This document shows positions 10,006 through 19,600 of a DNA stretch of 64,000 nt, piece after piece (within the stretch, counting starts at the first letter, position 1; the number at the start of each line of letters is the position of its first letter). The stretch comes from a virus. Position numbers and translations under genes: made by a program. The stretch is from positions 5,992 through 69,991 of the IMG/VR virus record IMGVR_UViG_2713897041_000002; one strand, written 5' to 3'. The notes below the pieces were generated by a model. It searched no databases. It had not been told where the DNA came from and saw only the letters and a program-made list of their open reading frames with translations.

Positions 10006-10647
10006 ATGATCCTGCCACCGTTCAACCCTCCCAAACTACCCGAGATGACCGAGTGGTGGACGCGCTGCACGTATGCAGACGTCCAACGGCTGATTCTCGA
10101 AGTTCAACACCAACGCCTCACGTTGTGGGAGCTCCGCAGTTGCATCGCAGATGCGTCGCGGCGGGCGCGCGCAATTGACCCGTCGTTGCTCGAGTATGGC
10201 GCGCCGCTACGGAGGCTCGGCTACATTGTCGAGAAGGAAATCGATCGTGCCGCGCCGTTCGCCCGTATGCGAGAACCGGTCGCGCCCTTTTCGGACGAGT
10301 GGCGTGCCCGCGAAGAGCTCAAGTCTAAGCGCTGGGAGTCGCCAGACGACGCGCCGCCCGGCGCATCGCCGAAATCAGTCCCGCAATTTCAGCGGGTAAC
10401 ATGGGCTGAACTGCGCGAAAAATGGCGTCTCGAGGAAGGCAAGAAGGTCGGCCGGCATACGCTCGAGCAACGCATGGCTCTCGAGATCGCATATTTGCGA
10501 AACAACATTGTTGGAAAATCGCAAAAGCTCGTCGACGCAGCTCGAGCTGAGGCAGAGAAACGTGGGATGGAGCTATTCGCGCTCGACCAGTTAAAGCGCA
10601 TCCTTGAAGTCGAGCGCGGCGAAGAGGCGTTCTATCGCATCACGTAG
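10006..10647 (+). CDS. Hypothetical protein (possibly SOS-regulated)
   Basis: 213-aa ORF starting immediately downstream of the LexA box. No family recognised. Confidence 0.45.
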   Translation: MILPPFNPPKLPEMTEWWTRCTYADVQRLILEVQHQRLTLWELRSCIADASRRARAIDPSLLEYGAPLRRLGYIVEKEIDRAAPFARMREPVAPFSDEWRAREELKSKRWESPDDAPPGASPKSVPQFQRVTWAELREKWRLEEGKKVGRHTLEQRMALEIAYLRNNIVGKSQKLVDAARAEAEKRGMELFALDQLKRILEVERGEEAFYRIT

Positions 10648-10779
10648 CAGGGACAAAAGATGAACGACCAGAACTTTCCCGATGAGATGCGAATACCTGC
10701 TCGACTGTGGCGAACGCCACTCTCGCCGGCCACCTACTGCCCGCCCAAAACGGGAGCGGCGCGGCGAACTGCCGATGCA

Positions 10780-11898
10780 TCAGACTGGATCGCCACTACT
10801 GCTCGGAATCGAGCCTTTGGGCAAACGCGGCGTTTTGAGAATCGCAGCCTTCGCACTGAGCAATTCGTCGTCGCCCACCTCGAAGCGGCGCAGCCACGCT
10901 GCCGTTGATTCGCGCGTGTTGTAGACCGGCGCGCCGGCGTTGACCGTGCCGCGCTGAAGAATGTCCATGCTTTCCGCTCGCACGCGCCGCAGTGCCTTAT
11001 CGAGGACGACGTAGGTCGGTGGCAAGAACGGGGGTTCCTCCTCGCGCTCGGAGAGACCCGACTCAGGCAATACGCCCGCACGGACGATAACGCCGGCACC
11101 GTAATCACCAATGGCAAACCAATTCGGAGGGAGTTCCGACGTCAGCGCGCGAACACCGCCGACGGTGTCCAACATGGGCTTGCCGATGGCTGTCAGCCAA
11201 TTGACGGATTTAATTTTGCCCTTCAGATCGCGGGCTGAAGTCGATCCGGGGTCGCCGACATCGAGCCCCGGCATAATTTGCGCGATCCAGTATTCCGTCG
11301 CCTCATTCTCGTGAGGAGCGGTCGGGGAAAGGTTGACGGCGAAGCCCGCCTGACCTTGAACGGCATCTAAGCGGCGCGCAGCATCAAAGAACAGTTTTGC
11401 GAAGGCATCGGGGTTCTCTTGGACAGCCACAACCGGCCATGAGAACGCTAGGGAGTTGAGACCGCGATTGCCCATCTTCTCTTGCCACTGACGCTGACCC
11501 ACGACCTCGAATCTCCAAAAACTTGCGTCCGAGGCTTGCTCCCCGCCAACGTAGCAGAAGTCGAAACGGTCCTCAGGACCGAGCTTACTGGCCGCTGCAC
11601 GCAGAGGCTTGGCTCGCGCGAACGGCTGCGCCGCCTTCCCGTTACTCCATAGGAACGTCAATTTGCATTCGGGTACAGCACAGTAGTCGTCGAAACAGTC
11701 GGCAACCGCCGCGCGGACGGCGGGATCGAATGCACGCTCAAAATAGAGCGACGCGCGCACGACGACGGCCGCTCCGATTCCACCGGTTGCGTAGCGAGGT
11801 TCCAAAAGACCATTGGGCACCAGCGCTTTGCCCTGATTGGCCTTTGCCCATTCGAGAAAATTCTGATCCATATTCGCGTCGATGCTAGGAAGGCTCAA
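10780..11898 (-). CDS. Putative immunity protein for the upstream nuclease toxin
   Basis: 372-aa ORF abutting the toxin stop (11899). Its position downstream of the PAAR and nuclease genes is typical of a T6SS effector/immunity pair. The fold resembles the ~370-aa proteins that NCBI annotates as 'type VI immunity family', but that is recollection, not verified. Confidence 0.45.
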   Translation of the reverse strand: MSLPSIDANMDQNFLEWAKANQGKALVPNGLLEPRYATGGIGAAVVVRASLYFERAFDPAVRAAVADCFDDYCAVPECKLTFLWSNGKAAQPFARAKPLRAAASKLGPEDRFDFCYVGGEQASDASFWRFEVVGQRQWQEKMGNRGLNSLAFSWPVVAVQENPDAFAKLFFDAARRLDAVQGQAGFAVNLSPTAPHENEATEYWIAQIMPGLDVGDPGSTSARDLKGKIKSVNWLTAIGKPMLDTVGGVRALTSELPPNWFAIGDYGAGVIVRAGVLPESGLSEREEEPPFLPPTYVVLDKALRRVRAESMDILQRGTVNAGAPVYNTRESTAAWLRRFEVGDDELLSAKAAILKTPRLPKGSIPSSSGDPV

Positions 11899-12633
11899 TT
11901 ATGGAACGACTATGGGGGGCGGTGGCAACGGCAAACCACCCATGCCAGGCGGGGAAGCAGGACTGCGGTTAAGTAGTTGACGCAGGGAACGCCCGAGTTC
12001 GGAGAGCGCCTCAGAAACCGCTCGGAGCGGACTTTCATTGGCGTCATCGTCGGAACAGTCACAGTCGCCGGGGCTCATAGTCGCAACCTTTTCGGGCGAA
12101 CCGGCAATGCGTGCGTAGTCGTCCTCTTGCTCGCGATCCCTTTCTTGAGGCGGGAATTTAATCTCCACCACGCTCTTGATGTTGTCCTGAGTTGGCGACA
12201 GAGATCCGTCCTTGACAATCACCACGTCGGGGCGCCGAACAGCACCGGCGCCAGCGGGATACGCATCTTTCCCGCCAGGCCAGTATTTTTGAATCCAGCC
12301 TGGCAAGTAAGGGTGCGGCTCCAAGGGAGACGCGGAGCGCATGATCGGCGACGGAGGGATCTGCGTCATGTCGTAGTTGACTTCCGACTTGTACGGGCTC
12401 TTCCACCCCATCGACCGATCCACGTCGCGCAGGTTGCGCGAAACGCACTGCTGCTTGAGGCTTTGGCCCGATGCACCAGTGTCTGGCTCTCGACTGCATA
12501 CACAAACGGCCTTGCAGATGACCTTTTTATCGACCGGGTCGGGCGTAGCGGGCCGAAGACGCACGGGCGTCGTTTCGCCCTTCGGCGACATGCCACCTTG
12601 ACCGGAGTTGGCTCCGTAGGCACGACCACTCAT
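11899..12633 (-). CDS. PD-(D/E)xK (restriction-endonuclease fold) nuclease toxin, T6SS effector-like
   Basis: RRPDVVIVKDGS...IKSVVEIKFPPQ gives PD...(E)xK spacing. Start ATG 12633 overlaps the PAAR stop as ATGA (translational coupling). The track ORF extends further upstream to 12711, but that overlaps PAAR. Confidence 0.6.
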   Translation of the reverse strand: MSGRAYGANSGQGGMSPKGETTPVRLRPATPDPVDKKVICKAVCVCSREPDTGASGQSLKQQCVSRNLRDVDRSMGWKSPYKSEVNYDMTQIPPSPIMRSASPLEPHPYLPGWIQKYWPGGKDAYPAGAGAVRRPDVVIVKDGSLSPTQDNIKSVVEIKFPPQERDREQEDDYARIAGSPEKVATMSPGDCDCSDDDANESPLRAVSEALSELGRSLRQLLNRSPASPPGMGGLPLPPPPIVVP

Positions 12634-13190
12634 AAAACACCGCCTTCGCCCGGCCCCTGAGTCGACTCGGCTGAAAATTGCAACGATCCAGCCGTGTTTG
12701 CCTCGTGCCACTGCGTATAGCCGTCGGCGTCGGTCTGGCCGGATATTGTCCGGCCGTCCGCTGTTTGCAGAACGTAGGGATGGTTCGCGATCGGTTTTCC
12801 AGTCGTCTCGTCAAATACCTGGAAGCGCCCACGGTATAGATTGTCCGGCCCTCGTGACATCGACTGCGGGACGACGCTCTTCCCACCGCCGATCGAATTG
12901 CCGCCAGCGGCCCCTGATGTAGGGGCAACCGTGGCGAAGCCTTGCGACGCGATAAGCGTTGCCCCACACGCGGTCTTGTCTCCGTCTGTAGCAATCGGCC
13001 TGTCACCAAACGTCATGTTCAACTCGCGCTTTACGCTGACGATCGGGTAAATCCCACCACACCGCGGACACGTCACCATGTCGCCAAGCAATGCGATTGC
13101 CCTTCCATGAACCGTGTTAGCGACGTTACAGCCGACCACACGCCCCCCATGCGTGGTCGTGTCCCCCTCGCAAATAAACGCAAACCCCAT
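12630..13190 (-). CDS. PAAR-domain protein (T6SS spike-sharpening / effector carrier)
   Basis: GDTTTHGGRVVGCNVANTVHGRAIALLGDMVTCPRCGG...DGDKTACGATLIA. This has the PAAR repeat pattern with zinc-ligand Cys/His, followed by a ~90-aa C-terminal linker. GGAGAG SD upstream of ATG 13190. Confidence 0.75.
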   Translation of the reverse strand: MGFAFICEGDTTTHGGRVVGCNVANTVHGRAIALLGDMVTCPRCGGIYPIVSVKRELNMTFGDRPIATDGDKTACGATLIASQGFATVAPTSGAAGGNSIGGGKSVVPQSMSRGPDNLYRGRFQVFDETTGKPIANHPYVLQTADGRTISGQTDADGYTQWHEANTAGSLQFSAESTQGPGEGGVL

Positions 13191-13253
13191 GTCGAACTCT
13201 CCACAAGGAAATTTTCGATGGAATGTAGCACGGGGGAAATTGCCGGAACCACC

Positions 13254-13269
13254 CTGTCAGACATGACAG
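13254..13269. promoter_or_regulatory. CTGT-N8-ACAG palindrome (LexA-box-like operator) upstream of the PAAR operon
   Basis: cCCTGTCAGACATGACAGGa is an 18-bp near-perfect inverted repeat fitting the CTGT-N8-ACAG core, 64 bp upstream of the PAAR ATG. The spacer is GC-richer than a canonical SOS box. Confidence 0.4.
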
Positions 13270-13338
13270 GAATCCAAATCCGTAATTCCGCGAACACCGG
13301 AGTTGGATAAAAGCAATGCACCCGATTTTGGAGGCAAA

Positions 13339-13360
13339 GCCCCGGCCGGGCGACCGGGGC
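13339..13360 (-). terminator. GC hairpin just 3' of the lipoprotein gene (possible intrinsic terminator)
   Basis: Minus strand GCCCCGG-TCGCCCGG-CCGGGGC followed by CTTTGCC. 7-8 bp GC stem, weak U-tract. Confidence 0.3.
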
Positions 13361-13368
13361 AACAAGCA

Positions 13369-14268
13369 TTATTTCTTAACAGGCTCGATACCCCAGCATT
13401 GCGCGGACCGCCCTTCTTCCGGGATGGCCTCGCGGTTGTACTTGCACTTGTTGATCGTATCGAGCGCTACCTTGTAGCGCTCAACCAGCGGATCGACGAT
13501 GCTCGCGATCTGAGCGTCTTGCGCGACCTTATCCGGCGTACTGCAATCGGCGCCCATGTGCGCGACATCCGGCTGAGACGTACCGCCAACTGTATCAACC
13601 GGAAAGACGTTGTTATTCGCAGCCACTTCAATGGCTCGATAAAGCGCTTTAGACGCGGTCGGATACGTCGTCAAAACAGCGCGTCCGGCTGCGTCGACCG
13701 AACTGACTACCTTATCGGGAGCGCACGACATGATCGGGAGGGCGGCGAATACCACCCGCCCTTTCATATACTCTCGTTCCACGTAGATCAGCAGTTCGTT
13801 TTTGAAGCGATCCACCATCTCCGACTTCTCGTTCGAATCGATATAGCCCGTCATGTCGTCGAACTGGAAATTGACGAGCACCCATTCGCTGATGTTCGTT
13901 TTCGAGTTATAAACTTCGTCGATTGCCGGGCCGATTCCGTTGTTCTCGGACATGACGAGTTGGTGCAACGTCGTTCCATTGACAATGCCGGGATACACCC
14001 CGACATCCGCGCCGCGGGCCTTGAAGGCATCTTGAAGTGCGGCAATGGTGGCCGCGCCATCCGCCGAGCTGCTCTGGCTCGATAGGTTGCTCGAAACGTT
14101 GGCACCCGCGGCCATCGCCCGCGCTCGTTGCTCCGACACCAGCGGCGCGCCCGAATAGGTGAGCTTAATCGCCGGGCCAGACGATCCCCCACCACCATCA
14201 TCCCCACCGCCACATGCGGAAACGTAGAGGCAAAGCGGAAGCGCCATGTAGGCGAAGGTTCTTTTCAT
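13369..14268 (-). CDS. Hypothetical lipoprotein (moron)
   Basis: MKRTFAYMALPLCLYVSAC: a signal peptide with a lipobox. ~300 aa; no family recognised. Confidence 0.5.
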   Translation of the reverse strand: MKRTFAYMALPLCLYVSACGGGDDGGGGSSGPAIKLTYSGAPLVSEQRARAMAAGANVSSNLSSQSSSADGAATIAALQDAFKARGADVGVYPGIVNGTTLHQLVMSENNGIGPAIDEVYNSKTNISEWVLVNFQFDDMTGYIDSNEKSEMVDRFKNELLIYVEREYMKGRVVFAALPIMSCAPDKVVSSVDAAGRAVLTTYPTASKALYRAIEVAANNNVFPVDTVGGTSQPDVAHMGADCSTPDKVAQDAQIASIVDPLVERYKVALDTINKCKYNREAIPEEGRSAQCWGIEPVKK

Positions 14269-14329
14269 ATTCGATCTCAGGTCCATAGATGTTGTTCACT
14301 TCATGAGCCGCCGAGTTTACATTCGATTT

Positions 14330-14872
14330 TCATTTCTGACATCCAGGCGACTGCGGCCGGATCGCGCAGACGTAACCCTGGAGGGCCGTCAGTTTGTCGA
14401 TCTCGCGCTGATCGTCGCCGACGACGCCGAAAACGCGTTCCGCAACCGCTGCGTCGACGTCTGCATAGGCGGCGGCACCATCGCCCACGCCGGCGGCGCT
14501 GGAAGCGCCGGGCATGCCGTCGCGACCGGCTGCCGTGCAGCGTCGGACGGCGACGCGCAACCGCTCAGTGCCAGCGGCAAGAGCAGCCCGCAGGCTGTGA
14601 TTCTCAGCTTCATGCTCGTTCCTCTCCTTCGTGGTTCGTTGGTCGACGGCGGCCACCGCCGACGCGGCTGCGTCATTCGCGGCGATCGCGCGTCGCTCGG
14701 CGTCGAGCGCGGCACGCGAGATCGCGCCCAACGCTTCGGCGTGCCGTTGCGCATCGAGCGCACGCGCGGCCTGCTCGTCGGCGAGCCGACGCGCGCCGAT
14801 CAGGTACTCGGCGCCCGCGCCTGCCGCCATGCCAAGCAAGGCGGCCAACAGATACGGAGCTGCTTTCGGCAT
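14330..14872 (-). CDS. Rz-like i-spanin
   Basis: MPKAAPYLLAALLGMAAGAG N-terminal TM anchor, then an Ala/Arg/Glu-rich coiled coil. Start overlaps the endolysin stop (TGATG). Position immediately after the endolysin. Confidence 0.6.
   Translation of the reverse strand: MPKAAPYLLAALLGMAAGAGAEYLIGARRLADEQAARALDAQRHAEALGAISRAALDAERRAIAANDAAASAVAAVDQRTTKERNEHEAENHSLRAALAAGTERLRVAVRRCTAAGRDGMPGASSAAGVGDGAAAYADVDAAVAERVFGVVGDDQREIDKLTALQGYVCAIRPQSPGCQK
14389..14613 (-). CDS. Rz1-like o-spanin embedded in +1 frame within Rz
   Basis: MKLRITACGLLLPLALSGC is a lipoprotein signal. The rest is proline-rich (PALPAPPAWAMVPPP) and entirely inside the Rz gene in another frame. Confidence 0.45.
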   Translation of the reverse strand: MKLRITACGLLLPLALSGCASPSDAARQPVATACPALPAPPAWAMVPPPMQTSTQRLRNAFSASSATISARSTN

Positions 14873-15414
14873 CAGAGCCCCCGCTCGCAGATCGCGCGCT
14901 CTTCCGCACGCCGCTTCACCAGACCCGGTAGCGTGTCGCATACCGGCAGAGGCTTTTTCGTTTTCGGGTCGATAACGGTCCGGCAGTTCGCAAAGACCCA
15001 CTGCGGCCGACCGCTATCGGATTCGTTGATCGCGCGGCACGCGCCGCGCAGGTCGCCCGCGTTGAAGCGCTTCGCCGTCGTGCTGTTGCAGTAGGCATGC
15101 GCGCCGACGTTGTATGCAAAGCTCACAGCCGCCGCGAGCTGATACGGACGATCTTTCAGCCCCGGCGTGCAACGCAGCACGGGTTCGGCGTGGGCGATCA
15201 GTTGCGTTTCGAGTGACGAGCGACACTCGGCCTCGCTGTACGCCCGGCCGACGACGACATCGCGCGTGTCGCCCATGCACTTTGTCGGGATGCCGACCGG
15301 ATCGAGATACCCGACCAGTTTGACGCCCTCGAACTTCGGGACGACGGAAAAAAGAAGGGCTGCCGCAGCAGCCCCCACAACACCCACAAGAGTCGTCCTC
15401 CGCATTTCAGCCAT
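14872..15414 (-). CDS. Phage lysozyme (GH24, lambda R-like) with N-terminal signal-anchor (SAR-endolysin type)
   Basis: FEGVKLVGYLDPVGIPTKCMGDT ~ lambda R/T4 e catalytic region (EG..L.AY.D.VG..TIG.GHT). N-terminal MAEMRRTTLVGVVGAAAAALLFSV is a hydrophobic segment. Confidence 0.8.
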   Translation of the reverse strand: MAEMRRTTLVGVVGAAAAALLFSVVPKFEGVKLVGYLDPVGIPTKCMGDTRDVVVGRAYSEAECRSSLETQLIAHAEPVLRCTPGLKDRPYQLAAAVSFAYNVGAHAYCNSTTAKRFNAGDLRGACRAINESDSGRPQWVFANCRTVIDPKTKKPLPVCDTLPGLVKRRAEERAICERGL

Positions 15415-15619
15415 CGTGCCTCTCCATCTCCAGAATGCGCATGTCCGATTCGCGCTGTTCCCGGCGATCCTTGCGCCACATAAAAAAGAAGTTGAGCCCA
15501 AACGTCGCGATTGCCGTCATGATCCCGACGATCACGCCGATATCCGTCAGCGTCAGTGAAGACGCAACAGCTGTAACACTTCCAACATAACTCGCCACCT
15601 CACTCGGACTCGCTCGCAT
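15407..15619 (-). CDS. Holin (small, one/two-TM)
   Basis: MRASPSEVASYVGSVTAVASSLTLTDIGVIVGIMTAIATFGLNFFFMWRKDRREQRESD. TM helices plus a charged C-terminus, directly upstream of and overlapping the endolysin start. Confidence 0.55.
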   Translation of the reverse strand: MRASPSEVASYVGSVTAVASSLTLTDIGVIVGIMTAIATFGLNFFFMWRKDRREQRESDMRILEMERHDG

Positions 15620-15662
15620 CAGCCCCTCGCAATGAAAAAGGGCCGCCATATTTGGCGACCCG

Positions 15663-16403
15663 CTAAACGATTCCCGTCCCGTCAAGCACCATGAATCGCG
15701 AGTGATACTGCTCGCGAAAGCATGCGATATTCGGCGTTCTCCCACCGTTGTACAGCGCCGTTCCCCAAGACACATTCCCACCGTCAACGCGAATCGACGA
15801 GAGCTCAACCACTCCCGGGTCATAGCTCCACGCTCGATGAACGGAGTAGATGGCGGAAATCAGAACTGGCACGCCGTACGACCGAGAATGCCACGGCGGC
15901 GAAGGTGCGCCCTCGACTGTCCACCCAACACCGTTCATGTAATCCTCGAAGATCACATCGAGGACCCGGAGAAACGGCTTCGACGAATCCGCGACCAATC
16001 GTCCGCCAGCATCGAAAACCTGCAACCCGAAGCTTCCTGCGGCGACGGGTACTTGGTCGAACACGAACAGTCGGACGTTACATGGTCGCTCGGTGACAAA
16101 CGTCACGGAATACGAACTTCCATTTCGCTTCGCACCCCACAGCGTGATTCCCACTGCGCCAGATGCGAGTACCGCGTACATCGGACCCGCCACTGACGAG
16201 AAAGTGAAAGTGACACTCGGAAGATCTATCATGAACGTCCGCCCAGCATCATTCCGTGCCAAAGGCAACGAACCGACCGCAGAATCCGCCGCCATCGATT
16301 GGACCATCTGGTAGTTCGGCGTTCGCCCGTCGATCTGATACACACCGGTATCAGTGAATGCCTGAAATCCTGCCGGCATCAATACACTCCAAAAACGATC
16401 CAC
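15663..16403 (-). CDS. Hypothetical tail-associated protein downstream of J
   Basis: 246-aa ORF in the position occupied by lom/stf/tfa-type genes in lambdoid phages. No motif recognised. Confidence 0.4.
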   Translation of the reverse strand: MDRFWSVLMPAGFQAFTDTGVYQIDGRTPNYQMVQSMAADSAVGSLPLARNDAGRTFMIDLPSVTFTFSSVAGPMYAVLASGAVGITLWGAKRNGSSYSVTFVTERPCNVRLFVFDQVPVAAGSFGLQVFDAGGRLVADSSKPFLRVLDVIFEDYMNGVGWTVEGAPSPPWHSRSYGVPVLISAIYSVHRAWSYDPGVVELSSIRVDGGNVSWGTALYNGGRTPNIACFREQYHSRFMVLDGTGIV

Positions 16404-16693
16404 CCGGGGACTCGGGTGTACGCGTTCGATCCGCTCGAGTTCGGGCTATACGACCAACTGATTCCCCCTGCATTAATCGAGACGACCGGCGACGGCTCGG
16501 CGCCCGATACACGAAAGAAAATCTGTTGCGGCATGAAGGCCCAAAACGGCTCCCCACCGGACATATCCGCCGCGACACTCCCATCGCTCCCGCCAGCCCA
16601 AGCAATCCCAACCACCCGTCCCGCTCGCGACTTGGCGTCGAGGATCGGACGACCTGCACCGTCGAAAATCTGAAGTCCGCTCGTCATCACCAC
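16379..16693 (-). CDS. Hypothetical protein
   Basis: 104-aa Gly/Ser-rich ORF immediately after J. Confidence 0.3.
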   Translation of the reverse strand: MVMTSGLQIFDGAGRPILDAKSRAGRVVGIAWAGGSDGSVAADMSGGEPFWAFMPQQIFFRVSGAEPSPVVSINAGGISWSYSPNSSGSNAYTRVPGWIVFGVY

Positions 16694-19600
16694 ATCCCCA
16701 TGCGCACCCGCAGCACGCCGTTACCGTCGTAGACACGGACACTGCTACCATCCATCACAAGCCGATTTCCGCTGCCGTCCGCTGCGTTGATTTCGAACCA
16801 ACCGGTCTTATCCAACCGCCATCCCTGCCGCCCCGCGATGTAGTTGTCGGACTGGATATAGTTGCCGATCATCGCGTTCGTGATCCAGCCTGCACCGATC
16901 AGCGCCTGCCGCAAAAACACTTGCCCGCCTTGCACAACGAACGGCGCGCCGATCACGCCCGCACCGTCCTCGTCGATCACGGCGAATCGCTTCGCAGACA
17001 CAAGCACCTGCGATTCGACGATGCCGTTGTCGTTGTCCATGCCCACGCCGATCGATGCCATGTACTTGCGCCCGTCGACGGTCGTCTGCACCTTGATCTG
17101 ATACGACGCCGCGACGCGTCCGTTCAAATCGGCGTAGGACTGCGCCACGGTTTGTACCGCGGCCGCGTTGTCGTTCACCTTCGCCTGTACAGTCGTGATG
17201 TCCTGCGCCATCGCACGATCAGCTTCGACACGCGCAATCGTCTCCTTCTGCACCGCGGCGTTCAGCAGATTCGAGCCCGAGTGCAGCTGGGCCGCGACTG
17301 TTTCGACTTTCTTCGCGACCGCCATATCGCCCTCGGCGATCGCCGCCTGCAGCGACCACACGCCAGCATTGAGCCTTTCGTCGCCCGCGTAGATCGTTGC
17401 GTCGCCGGCCATCGGCGGGGTGATCAGGTCGATCGGCGCGCGCAGCTCCGTGCCAAGCGCCGACTTCCCGATCTGGCCGGCGAAATACTTCTCGTAGTCG
17501 CTTTGATCCGTGCTCGGCTGCCCCTGCACGCCCGGCCCCTTCGCCGGAAACCACGGTCCGACGTTGCCGGACGTGTCGACCAGGCGCGCCCAGAAATAAA
17601 ACACCTGCCCGACCGCGAGCCCCTGATACGACGTCGACGCCTGCGGATACGCGAAGTCGGAGAACTTGGTCGCGTCGTCGCGATTCGGCGTGCGGCTGTA
17701 CCAGATCTCCGTTCGCTGCGTGTCGCCAGCGGAACCGTCACCCGGAAACGCCCATTTCAGATCGATCCCGTACACGATGCCCGCCGCAGTCAGCGACACG
17801 ACCGACGGCGGCGGAGTGGTTTTCCCGGTCAGTTGCGTATCGACGCCGTACGCCGGAATCGACGTCACGCCGAGCGCGTTCTCGGCGCGCACCCGCGCGA
17901 GGTACTTGCCCTGATAGATTCCCGGCACCTCGACCTGTAGGCCGCCTGTCGACGGCACCTTCACCCACTCGCCGTTATCCTTCCGCCATTCGACGACGTA
18001 GCTTGTCGCGTGGTTCGCCGCATCCCACGCGATCACCATCGTTGTTTTCGAAATGCCCTGATCGACCACCGAGTATGTCGAGAGGCGGACGTTCGACGGC
18101 GGCGGCTGCACCGATGGCGGAACGATCGTGATCGGCCGTTGCTGAATCTGTGCGCCGTCGTCGATCGCCGCGTACTTCCCCGGCTCGTACTGCGTCGCGT
18201 TGATCGTGTAGACGATCTGGCCGTCGTCGTCGCTTTCCTGCACGCTCACCACGCGATACTGCTGCGCCGCGAGCTCGCGGCTTTCGATCATCCACACAGC
18301 GCCCGGCACCGGATCGGCGTCGAAGCGCTCGGCGAGCGTGACCGTGTCGCCGTCGACCGACTTGACCGCGCGCGCCTGGGCAATACCCGACGGCAGAATC
18401 GCCGTGAAGCGATCGCCGGCGGCGATTGTCGGCGCCTTGTCGAGCGTGATCCTTTCGCCAGCCGCTGCGCGGATGCGCCCGCCGATCCGGCGGCCGGCCT
18501 TCTTTGGGTCGGCAACGGCGATCACCTGTCCCGGCGCACAAAGCGTCCCATCGAGCCCGACCTGAAACGACACCGTCCCGGTCTCGTACCGCGACGTCAG
18601 CAACAGCCAGCGCCCGAGCCGGTGTGCCTGCGCCTGCGACGTGCAGCCGAACGCCGTGACCTCCGTCTTGATGACGCCATATCGCGCAATCCCGTCGTCG
18701 TCCTGCACGGGCTCGACAGCTTGCTTGTACTGGTTCGTCGGATCGTTGTAACTGACGAGCGCGACCGTGTAACGCGTCTTGCGTTCGCTGCCGACGTACT
18801 TGAATGAACCACCGACGACATTCGCGGCCGTGTACAGGTAGACCGGATCGGACGGCATATCGGCCGACGCGACCACCGACCCGGCGCCCCAGTACGAAAT
18901 GCCGCGAAAGACGCTCGCGAGATCCTGTACCACCTTGAATGCGTCCGCGCGCGTCTGAAGCACGCAGTTGCAGGTGAAGCGCGGCTCCTTGCCGCCCTTC
19001 CCGTCGGACACGAGTTCGTCGCAGTAACGCGCGATTGCGTACAGCGCCCACTTATCGACCATCGAAGCATCGACACGGTCGCCCAATCCGTTGAGCTTGT
19101 CGAGAAGTAGGCCGTAGTAGACCCACGCCGGATTGTTCGTCCATGCTGCCTTGAACGTACCGTCCCATGTACCCGAATACGTACGCGTCTCCGGGTCGTA
19201 GTTTGTCGGGACTCGGAAGATCATCCCTCGCACGTGATACGAACGCACTGGCACGCTCGAGAACGAACGTGCGTCGAACGTCATACCGACAAGCGCCGTC
19301 ATCGGATAGCGGAGCTTCCGATCGATGATCTCGGTAATCGCCTCGATGTTGATCGCGTCGGCGATCGTCGCCGTGTGCGCGTTCGGCGTGATGCGGCGCA
19401 CGCGAATCAACCAACCATTTTTTGCGCGCGGCAGCTCGATCCGATGCGAGCGCTCATAGAGCGACGTTGTCTTGCCGTCGAACGCACCGGCCAGCACCTG
19501 CGCATACGACCCGCCGTCGACCGACAAGTCGATCGCATAGTCGACGCGATAGCCCGTGATATTGCCGTTCGACGTGTCCTGACGCTGTAGCGCCGGCACA

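Noticed and set aside
16921-19051. Long + strand ORFs (16921-17940, 18010-18807) and minus-strand ORFs in other frames (17975-19051, 18597-19076) overlapping gpJ
   Set aside because: Extremely Arg/Pro/His-rich, low-complexity translations in alternative frames of a well-supported 1100-aa gpJ gene. These are typical high-GC frame artefacts.
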